IMG/VR virus record: IMGVR_UViG_3300028833_000083
Location: 62,114 to 126,113 of that record
Strand: one strand, 5' to 3'
Length of the DNA: 64,000 nucleotides
DNA from: a virus
Taxonomy: Duplodnaviria; Caudoviricetes
Of the stretch, positions 56,611-64,000 are shown in pieces (position 1 is the first letter of the stretch; every line of letters starts with the position of its first letter). Position numbers and translations under genes: made by a program. The notes beneath the pieces were generated by a model. That model worked only from the letters and a program-made list of their open reading frames with translations, searched no databases and was not told the origin of the DNA.

Positions 56611-58815
56611 ATGGGAAATGTATCCATTCGCCCCGCAGTGCATCGTCAGAGTCTTATACCTAAGTATGGTCTTCAAATAGGAGAACGTGGTGATAAATGG
56701 GAAGAAGAGTTTATAAAAAATATAGACTTTTCAACTATGGATAACGGAGAAGATTGGAGTTCTTTGTTTAGGTATTCCAAGGCTAGTGATTTTGATCTTT
56801 CTGCAATGGATAGTTCCAATGTGACTAACATGGATTATTTATTTGAAGGAGTTACTGCTGGTGTACTTCGTCTTAATGGACTTACTATTGGCCCTGAAAC
56901 TACTGGTATAAATATGTTTCATGGAACATTTGATGGCATAGATTTTACTGGTGCTAAATTCTATTGTATTCCAAGAGATATGTTTAAAGGCATAACATTA
57001 AATAGTACACTCAGACTTGGCACATTAGATGGTTCACACTTAACGAGTCTTGCCAATATGTTTAAGCAAGCTGAAATACCCTCAGTAGATCTTACTGGCT
57101 TTAACACTAGCAACGTGCAAAATATGTCATACATGTTTTATCAAGCAAGTATATCTGAAATTATAGGGTTAAAAGATATTGATTATTCCAATGTAACCAC
57201 TACTGAATATATGTTTAGTTCATATAAAGGATTAATCATAGATTTATCTGGTATAAAATTTTTATCATTGGAAAATGCTGCGTCAATGTTTAGTTTTTCA
57301 AATAATTATGCTATACAGCAACATGAACATCTTGTTATAAACTTGTCTAATTGTTATTTCCCAGTGCTTGCAACATCAACTTATATGTTTGAAATGAGCA
57401 CATCGTCAGATGACTATGGTGCAATCGATTTAATTTTAGATGGTACAATAATTAAATCAAATGGATTATATGCATATGGCATGTTTATGTATATAAAATT
57501 AATAGATAATAAAGGATTAGATTTGTCTTGTTTGAGTGGGGCAAAAATATCATATGCTTCTGGCATGTTTCAGTATAGTGATTTGGGATTAACAGATTTT
57601 TCTGTTTTAGATCTTTCTAGAACAACGTCTACATATTATATGTTCTATGAAACTAGAACTCCATTGATTCATTTAAATACTACTGTAAGTTTTAATATGA
57701 ACAAGGTGGATTATCTTATTTATAATTCGTATGCAAACGAAATTATTCTAGAGTTAATCATTCCACCCAATATACAAAAAATATATGAATTAGTTTGGCC
57801 AAATCAAGACAATCAAATAGTTACAATAAAAAACAGTGATATTTATGCAGTCGATGTTAATAATTTTTTATATAGTTCTCAGTATCCTTTAAAAGTCACA
57901 TTTGAAAACACTACGTTACACGTTGGACATGGGGCAGATTTTGAATACTTTGCACCATGTTATCCTGACAGTGGATTTAGGGAATCATATGTAGACATGA
58001 GTGATTTGGTTGTAGACGGTGAAGTTGGAAGTGTAAGATACATGTTTGGAGACCCTGCTAAATATAAAGAAATTAAATTTCCCAGAACTGGAATGAAAAT
58101 TACTGGAAATACATGTTATTTTTTAACTGGATCTTGGTATACTGATTCTAGTGGTCATGATATGTATAGTAGTCCTATTTTTTATAATCTTGATAAGTTA
58201 GACTTTTCTGAAAACACAAATATTGAATGGACAATTTGTAAATGTAAACAGCAACTATTTGATTTGCGAGGTTGGAACCCTAAAAACGCTAAAAGAATTT
58301 ATTATGTATTTAACCAGTGTGAAGGAGATTTTAATCTTAGTGGTTGGGATGTTAGCAAAGTAGAAACTCTTACAATTGGAAGCGCCTTGAAAGGCAACCT
58401 TGATGTAAGAAACTGGGACTTAACTAACGCCACATCTATTACTGGTTTATATGATATTAGAGATGGACATTATGTAGATTTTGACGGATGGCGCATTAAT
58501 AAAGGCCAAACAGTTAGCACTTGTTATCTTTTAAATGCCAATTGGGATGTCCACGCAACCATATATCTCCCTAACACACTATATAAACCTGATAATTATT
58601 TTGGAACAATGTTTGGTGGTGCTGAGCCATATACTAACCCTACGTCGGGAATAACACATGAAGGGTCGATTATAGATGTATATACTAACGCGACCAGCAT
58701 TGAAGAACAAGGATGGATATTTTATCATATATATACGGAAGAGGAACCTTATGGTTATAGGATTCATTGGGGGACAACTCATGATGATTTTCTTAATGCA
58801 GTAGGAGGTGATTAA
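56611..58815 (+). CDS. DUF285/BspA-type leucine-rich repeat surface protein
   Basis: Repeated (D/N)TSNVTNM..MF and W(D/N) motifs. Confidence 0.8.
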   Translation: MGNVSIRPAVHRQSLIPKYGLQIGERGDKWEEEFIKNIDFSTMDNGEDWSSLFRYSKASDFDLSAMDSSNVTNMDYLFEGVTAGVLRLNGLTIGPETTGINMFHGTFDGIDFTGAKFYCIPRDMFKGITLNSTLRLGTLDGSHLTSLANMFKQAEIPSVDLTGFNTSNVQNMSYMFYQASISEIIGLKDIDYSNVTTTEYMFSSYKGLIIDLSGIKFLSLENAASMFSFSNNYAIQQHEHLVINLSNCYFPVLATSTYMFEMSTSSDDYGAIDLILDGTIIKSNGLYAYGMFMYIKLIDNKGLDLSCLSGAKISYASGMFQYSDLGLTDFSVLDLSRTTSTYYMFYETRTPLIHLNTTVSFNMNKVDYLIYNSYANEIILELIIPPNIQKIYELVWPNQDNQIVTIKNSDIYAVDVNNFLYSSQYPLKVTFENTTLHVGHGADFEYFAPCYPDSGFRESYVDMSDLVVDGEVGSVRYMFGDPAKYKEIKFPRTGMKITGNTCYFLTGSWYTDSSGHDMYSSPIFYNLDKLDFSENTNIEWTICKCKQQLFDLRGWNPKNAKRIYYVFNQCEGDFNLSGWDVSKVETLTIGSALKGNLDVRNWDLTNATSITGLYDIRDGHYVDFDGWRINKGQTVSTCYLLNANWDVHATIYLPNTLYKPDNYFGTMFGGAEPYTNPTSGITHEGSIIDVYTNATSIEEQGWIFYHIYTEEEPYGYRIHWGTTHDDFLNAVGGD

Positions 58816-61800
58816 ATGGGGCAAGTGTTATTACCCCCTCGCGTAGGTACAAATAAAATTACCCTTGAGGGGTATGATCATTTAACATGGCGAAGTAAGA
58901 TAATACCTTATATTCGTACAGATAACTGTATCGATATGAGCAATATGTTTTCAGGAGAGAACTATCAATTGCCCGAAACCTTAGACTTAAGGAGATTTAA
59001 CACCTCTAAAGTTACAGATATGAGGGCGATGTTTGACCACTGTATGTCAACGTCTATATTAGGACTTGAAAATTTTGACACATCTAAAGTTACTGATATG
59101 AGCTTTATGTTTAATGAAGCTCATATCACAACTTTAGATACATCTAATTTAGATACATCTAAAGTTACAACTATGGAAAATATGTTTTGTAATTGTCCAG
59201 CAGAAGTGTTAGATGTAAGTGGGTTCAATACAGAACTTGTAACAAACATGTCTTGTTTGTTTGAAGGTGTTCCCGCAGAACTTGATGTAAGTGGTTTTGA
59301 TACTTCCTCAGTGACAACCATGCATAATATGTTCAAAGATACTGGTAGTCAAACATTGAATTTAACCAACTTTGATACATCACTCGTAACAGATATGAGT
59401 AGCATGTTTGACGGAGCTCAATGTGAAGAACTTGATGTGTCCAATTTTGATATGTCTTCGGTTGAAGATACAAATCGAATGTTTGCGAGAATATCTGTTG
59501 ACGAATTAGATATTTCTAATCTTGATTTGTGCAACGTAGAAGTAATGAGCGCTATGTTTTATAATTCTACTATAGGTAATTTGATTTTCCCTCAAGAAAT
59601 GAATTTAACAAATGTAAAAACAATTGGTAGTATGTTTAATGGCGCAACAATTCCTACGTTGGTTTTACATAGATGGGATATGCCAGCTCTAGAAAACCGA
59701 TACGGACTGTTTAGTGGTTTTCACGCAAATACATTGGATTTATCAGATTGGGATTTGGGAGAATATGCAAGTAGCAGTAGTACAGAATACTTATTTTACA
59801 ATGCAAATATTGACAATTTAATATTTTCAAATAGTAATAATTTCCCAGAAGGATACGATATATACTGTTGTTTTGGTGGTTTTAAAACAAGTGGAACGTT
59901 AGATCTTTCCAACTTTAATTTTAACAAAGCAACAAGTGCTAATGGATCTTATCCTATGTTTTATAATGCAAAAATCAATACTTTAATTTTGCCAGACATA
60001 ACAAATGAGACTTTTGCAGGAAACACAACTATTACATTGTTTCGAAATACTGGTGTTGAATTATTGGATATGAGCAATGCTATCTATAGTAAGAATGATA
60101 ATTATCTTTTTAAGGGACTGATTGCAACACGTATTAATACGCCTAATTTTATCCCTTTAGATACACCCATATATAATTCGGTTGCAAAAGGAAGAGCAAA
60201 ATATGTAGACTATTCGGCAGTTAATACTATTGATGCAAATTATAATAATGCACAGTGGGGTTGTTTATCAAATTTTGCTCCAGAATATGTTAAAATAATG
60301 TGGATTCCATCTACTTTTGTTTTAGATGGCAATCGTAATATGTTATTAGGAAAAGAGGTTTATACGGATGCTGCAAATTATAGTGAATTAGGATGGGCTC
60401 TTGAACCTACAGATGCAATTATACACTATAATTCAACGCACGAAGATTTTGAACAAGCAATTTTAGATGATGATATTGGTTGGGAATCTCCTCTTGGAAA
60501 CCCTATATTTTTCTGTCATACACATGTGCCGCTTGGAACAGTAATGACTCAATATCAATTTGAATCAGATTATTCCACAGTTAACATTGATGGTGAAGAT
60601 GTAAACACTAATGAGTATGTATTTGATGAAGTTGGAGAACATATTCTAACAATTACTGCAAATAACTATGACTATAAACAAATAGTTCAAGTCGATGATC
60701 ATGGTGATTATACTACAATTTCTAATCCTAATTTTTATAAATACCAAGGATCATACGATAGAACTACTTATACCTATAGTTATATTAGAACGCAGTCTGA
60801 TGCAATACAGTTTAGATTATATAACGATAAATATTTATTTGCGTACCCCACTCAAAGAATAACATCAACAGAAACTGTTTATTATCGTCTTGAATTTGCG
60901 CCTAATACAAGCATAACAAAGGTATCTGGTGTTCCACATGAGATAGGCATGTTTATGTTAAGAGGATGCACACAATTAACGGATATATCAGAATTAATTA
61001 TATGCACAACGGGAAAGGCAGGGTTCAATCCGAATCAAATGTTCTCTAATTGTACTAATTTAACAGATGTGTCTGCAGTTGATAAGTGGCGTTGGTCGAG
61101 GTATTATTATATACATGACACTGGACGAGTTGGAAGTGGCAATATGCAGTCTGGTTATTGGGATGCCAGTGCAATGTTTGCATATACTGGGATTGCATCT
61201 GCTCCTAAAATGCAAATACCATCAGGAAGTTCGGGTATTTTTATGGGGTGCACTAATTTAACAGATATTTCAAAAATAACTGGATTTCAAACTGTTCAGA
61301 CTTCTTATGGGTCAGAGTATAATGGACGATACGAAAATCTTTTTAGTGGTTGTAGTAGATTGTCTAATGTAGATCGTTTAAACGTCCTATTTAAAGCAAT
61401 TGTTGATGCTGGACAAACTGGTGGATTTGATCTATATAATTTTTTGTACGGAACTGCAATTACAAGCTTGGATTTTTTCCCAGAAAATTTTCCTATTAAA
61501 AGCATGGATGGTGCATTTGGTCAATGTTCTTCTCTTACAGATATAAGTGGTATTGGTAGAATTAAGTGGTGTAGGCTAAATGATGCTCAAACTGGTAATA
61601 GTTTTTATCAAGTTTTTACAAACATACCAGCAACTGATTATTCTGCGTTGTCAAATTGGGATTGCTGTTTTAGTCAAATATATATGGGTTCATGTAAAAT
61701 GTCAAATCTTTCATTCATGCAAAATTGGGATTTGAGCAAATGCACTTACTATAATTTTAATGCTTGTCCAAATCTCACATCTCTAAGTACCTTAAAAAAT

Positions 61801-62670
61801 AAAATGGCTACGGATAAAGCTATAACTATGTATGTAAGTCATACACCTATTACATCGTGCGATGGATTACAAGGTGTGACATATAGCAAGTTGACGTTTG
61901 TTGGCTGTGCATCTTTACAATCCACTAATGGATTACAAGGCGCAACAATTAACAGTCTTGATCAACTATTTGATAGCTGTACATCTTTAACAGACATAAC
62001 AGCTCTTGCTGATGTTACATTTGGTAATACAAACAATCCAACAAATATGTTTCGTGGATGTACTTCTTTGACATCATTAAATGGATTACAAAACATGGAC
62101 GTATCTAATTTTACTAGTCTTGATTATATATTTTATCAATGTACGTCACTCTCTGATATTAGTGCAATAGCTGGATGGAATCCTTACCAAGTAAAAAATA
62201 TAAGATATATGTTTTGTTATTGTAGTAGTATTACTTCATTTTCCGCATTATCAGATTGGGTTACTGGACAGCTAACAGATGCTTACCGAGCATTTTCAGA
62301 TTGCACATCGCTTCAAAATTTAAATGGATTAAATGGGATTAATATAGGTCAATGTACAAACCTTAGTTATTTATTTAGCAACTGTACATCACTTACAGAT
62401 ATCAGCGGAATTATGCTTTGGTTTGTGGGAAATTGCCAAAACATGACTCAGATGTTTCGCGGTTGTACTAGCCTAACATCTATTGCGCCTATTAGATATT
62501 GGATGGTGTCTAAATTAACTAATATGCAGCAAATGTTTGATGGTGACACATCTATAGCTGATGCAGAATTATTAAACGACTGGACTAACTATAGAACAAT
62601 GACGAGTGTAAGTAGAAATTATGCATTTAGGAATGTTCCTAAACCTTGGCCCACTTGGGCAGTATCTTAA
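58816..62670 (+). CDS. DUF285/BspA-type LRR protein with two repeat arrays
   Basis: FDTSKVTDMS.MF repeats, then F..CTSLTDIS.L..W repeats. Confidence 0.85.
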   Translation: MGQVLLPPRVGTNKITLEGYDHLTWRSKIIPYIRTDNCIDMSNMFSGENYQLPETLDLRRFNTSKVTDMRAMFDHCMSTSILGLENFDTSKVTDMSFMFNEAHITTLDTSNLDTSKVTTMENMFCNCPAEVLDVSGFNTELVTNMSCLFEGVPAELDVSGFDTSSVTTMHNMFKDTGSQTLNLTNFDTSLVTDMSSMFDGAQCEELDVSNFDMSSVEDTNRMFARISVDELDISNLDLCNVEVMSAMFYNSTIGNLIFPQEMNLTNVKTIGSMFNGATIPTLVLHRWDMPALENRYGLFSGFHANTLDLSDWDLGEYASSSSTEYLFYNANIDNLIFSNSNNFPEGYDIYCCFGGFKTSGTLDLSNFNFNKATSANGSYPMFYNAKINTLILPDITNETFAGNTTITLFRNTGVELLDMSNAIYSKNDNYLFKGLIATRINTPNFIPLDTPIYNSVAKGRAKYVDYSAVNTIDANYNNAQWGCLSNFAPEYVKIMWIPSTFVLDGNRNMLLGKEVYTDAANYSELGWALEPTDAIIHYNSTHEDFEQAILDDDIGWESPLGNPIFFCHTHVPLGTVMTQYQFESDYSTVNIDGEDVNTNEYVFDEVGEHILTITANNYDYKQIVQVDDHGDYTTISNPNFYKYQGSYDRTTYTYSYIRTQSDAIQFRLYNDKYLFAYPTQRITSTETVYYRLEFAPNTSITKVSGVPHEIGMFMLRGCTQLTDISELIICTTGKAGFNPNQMFSNCTNLTDVSAVDKWRWSRYYYIHDTGRVGSGNMQSGYWDASAMFAYTGIASAPKMQIPSGSSGIFMGCTNLTDISKITGFQTVQTSYGSEYNGRYENLFSGCSRLSNVDRLNVLFKAIVDAGQTGGFDLYNFLYGTAITSLDFFPENFPIKSMDGAFGQCSSLTDISGIGRIKWCRLNDAQTGNSFYQVFTNIPATDYSALSNWDCCFSQIYMGSCKMSNLSFMQNWDLSKCTYYNFNACPNLTSLSTLKNKMATDKAITMYVSHTPITSCDGLQGVTYSKLTFVGCASLQSTNGLQGATINSLDQLFDSCTSLTDITALADVTFGNTNNPTNMFRGCTSLTSLNGLQNMDVSNFTSLDYIFYQCTSLSDISAIAGWNPYQVKNIRYMFCYCSSITSFSALSDWVTGQLTDAYRAFSDCTSLQNLNGLNGINIGQCTNLSYLFSNCTSLTDISGIMLWFVGNCQNMTQMFRGCTSLTSIAPIRYWMVSKLTNMQQMFDGDTSIADAELLNDWTNYRTMTSVSRNYAFRNVPKPWPTWAVS

Positions 62671-62682
62671 GGAGGTGGTACT

Positions 62683-63012
62683 ATGGACAAGAAATTTAAA
62701 CAGTACACCAAACGTTATGTAACCCTTATTACTATCTTTGCAATTATATGGATTAGTTTTAGTTACGTACTTGCGGCACTTCAATTCTTCTCTACTGGTA
62801 CAACAGATCTTCTTGAGAACTTATCGTCTAATGTTTGCACGGTCATACTTGGTACAACAGTGGCCTATATGATTAAGAGCTTTATTGAAACATATTCAGA
62901 GAAGAAGAACGATTATAATTTACAAAGGCATGAAGATGCCATGGATTTGCTTCGTGATGTTAACACGGACATAACACCCGACGAGATAGTCGGAATGTAT
63001 AAGAAAATATAA
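62683..63012 (+). CDS. Two-TM membrane protein (holin-like)
   Basis: Two hydrophobic segments, basic N-terminus. Confidence 0.55.
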   Translation: MDKKFKQYTKRYVTLITIFAIIWISFSYVLAALQFFSTGTTDLLENLSSNVCTVILGTTVAYMIKSFIETYSEKKNDYNLQRHEDAMDLLRDVNTDITPDEIVGMYKKI

Positions 63013-63020
63013 TTACGAAT

Positions 63021-63048
63021 AAAAGCTGGGCGCCATCGTCCAGCTTTT
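63021..63048 (+). terminator. Terminator-like hairpin
   Basis: AAAAGCTGGGCG-ccat-CGTCCAGCTTTT. Confidence 0.65.
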
Positions 63049-63081
63049 ATATATTAATCTCAAAGAAAGGAGGGTGCGTCT

Positions 63082-63393
63082 ATGTTAGAAACATCAGTAG
63101 CAAACATTATCACCGCTTGTATTGCGGCGGCATCCGCTATTGTTGTCAGCATCATCAACAACATTCAGCAGATGAACAAGATCAGAGATGAACAAAGGGA
63201 AACGTTTAACAGATTTAGTGCTGAGACTGGCAAGGCTATGGCTCTCACTGACGAGCGCATACGCAACTTGACCGACGAAGTTAAAAAGCACAACTCAATT
63301 GTTGAGCGTATGTATAAGGTAGAACAAAATCAGGCAATTTTTGAAAAAGAATTAGAGGAGTTAAAACATGACATTAGACAAGGTAATTCATAA
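63082..63393 (+). CDS. Single-TM coiled-coil lysis-cassette protein
   Basis: N-terminal TM segment; VKKHNSIVERMYKVE. Confidence 0.65.
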   Translation: MLETSVANIITACIAAASAIVVSIINNIQQMNKIRDEQRETFNRFSAETGKAMALTDERIRNLTDEVKKHNSIVERMYKVEQNQAIFEKELEELKHDIRQGNS

Positions 63394-63601
63394 AGTTAAT
63401 GTTATTGTTGCCGTTGGCAACATTATTAACCTTATTCTATTTCCAATTGCCGTATTCCAGTTCAGATGGACACAAGACGATCCGAGACTTGTTTTGCTCG
63501 GCCACTTGTCTATGTTCTTTGTAGGCTGGATGACATCAACTTATATAATGTTTTTATTTAAGGAGAAAAAAAAACATGAAAAAGATATTCGATTGGATTA
63601 A
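63368..63601 (+). CDS. Two-TM membrane protein
   Basis: GAGGAG RBS; two hydrophobic helices, basic tail. Confidence 0.5.
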   Translation: MTLDKVIHKVNVIVAVGNIINLILFPIAVFQFRWTQDDPRLVLLGHLSMFFVGWMTSTYIMFLFKEKKKHEKDIRLD

Positions 63602-63884
63602 AAATCACACTGCGGACATTCTTATTGTCCTTGGCGCAATTAGCGCATTACTTGTAAATCTGCAGTCGCAGGGAATAGTTACAGTTTGGATACCCATTAC
63701 TATCGCTATCATTGCGGTTGTAATTGAGGTATTAAAGTACGGCATAAGTGAAAAGGCTATTAAGCTTATTACAGAAGCCGTATTAATTATCCTTGAAGCA
63801 CTTCGCAACAAAGAGGAAAATGAGTCTGTCGGCGTTGCTAAGGTTGATGTCGAGGCAAGATTAAGAGAGGCGATCAAGAAATGA
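63576..63884 (+). CDS. Holin-like membrane protein
   Basis: AAGGAG RBS; two TM segments, charged C-terminus. Confidence 0.55.
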   Translation: MKKIFDWIKNHTADILIVLGAISALLVNLQSQGIVTVWIPITIAIIAVVIEVLKYGISEKAIKLITEAVLIILEALRNKEENESVGVAKVDVEARLREAIKK

Positions 63885-64000
63885 TAGATTATAGGGAGAA
63901 ATACGGGCGCACTAATAGTGCGCTCGCAGACCCTTATGACCATCGTGACTGGAAATTTAAGGACAGTGTATTTGCAGCATCCCCTCGTGGGATCCCCGAC
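63881..64000 (+). CDS. Partial ORF, possibly a papain-family (C1A) peptidase
   Basis: ATGA coupling; MIDYREKYG...DPYDHRDWKF...IPD resembles the DxRD N-terminus of bacterial C1A peptidases; cut off by the window edge. Confidence 0.35.
   Translation, partial: MIDYREKYGRTNSALADPYDHRDWKFKDSVFAASPRGIPD

Larger units (their letters stand above)
1..64000 (+). mobile_element. Segment of a large SPbeta-like tailed phage/prophage (late structural region)
   Basis: Co-oriented terminase, portal, protease, capsid, tail tube, tape measure, hub and holin-like genes plus a YonO-type RNAP; no host housekeeping genes. Confidence 0.95.

Noticed and set aside
1-64000. Genome-wide TAG reassignment
   Set aside because: Standard-code ORFs already tile the window, including an 11.3-kb ORF; no genes are fragmented by TAG

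Overview
The window is a 64-kb segment of a large SPbeta-like tailed phage (long-tailed siphovirus type). It is AT-rich with strong AAGGAGG ribosome-binding sites, so the host is probably a Firmicute (Clostridia-like); this is an inference. All credible genes are on the + strand. Gene order: YonO-type single-subunit RNA polymerase, ClpP-like protease, metallophosphoesterase, a structured non-coding RNA block, a first cluster of fibre/decoration-like genes, putative small terminase, and a large terminase split by a group I intron that carries a LAGLIDADG endonuclease. A ~13-kb accessory block then separates terminase from portal; it holds a six-gene Cys-rich operon, modular fibre/adhesin genes and a tRNA-like gene with a CUA anticodon. 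After it come portal, prohead protease/scaffold, capsid, neck, tail tube, a RuvC-like resolvase, a 3778-aa tape measure, distal tail, hub/spike, two DUF285/BspA-type LRR proteins and a holin-like membrane cluster. Most notable: (1) the uncharacterised protease + CCC coiled-coil + beta-sandwich operon; (2) a recurring RNA hairpin with a conserved UGUYAMAG loop on unrelated stems; (3) a JAB/JAMM motif inside the tape measure; (4) an atypical amber-anticodon tRNA-like RNA in a genome that nearly avoids TAG; (5) a frame-shifted duplicate of the portal leader. All protein calls come from motif recognition by eye and gene context; no database searches were run.
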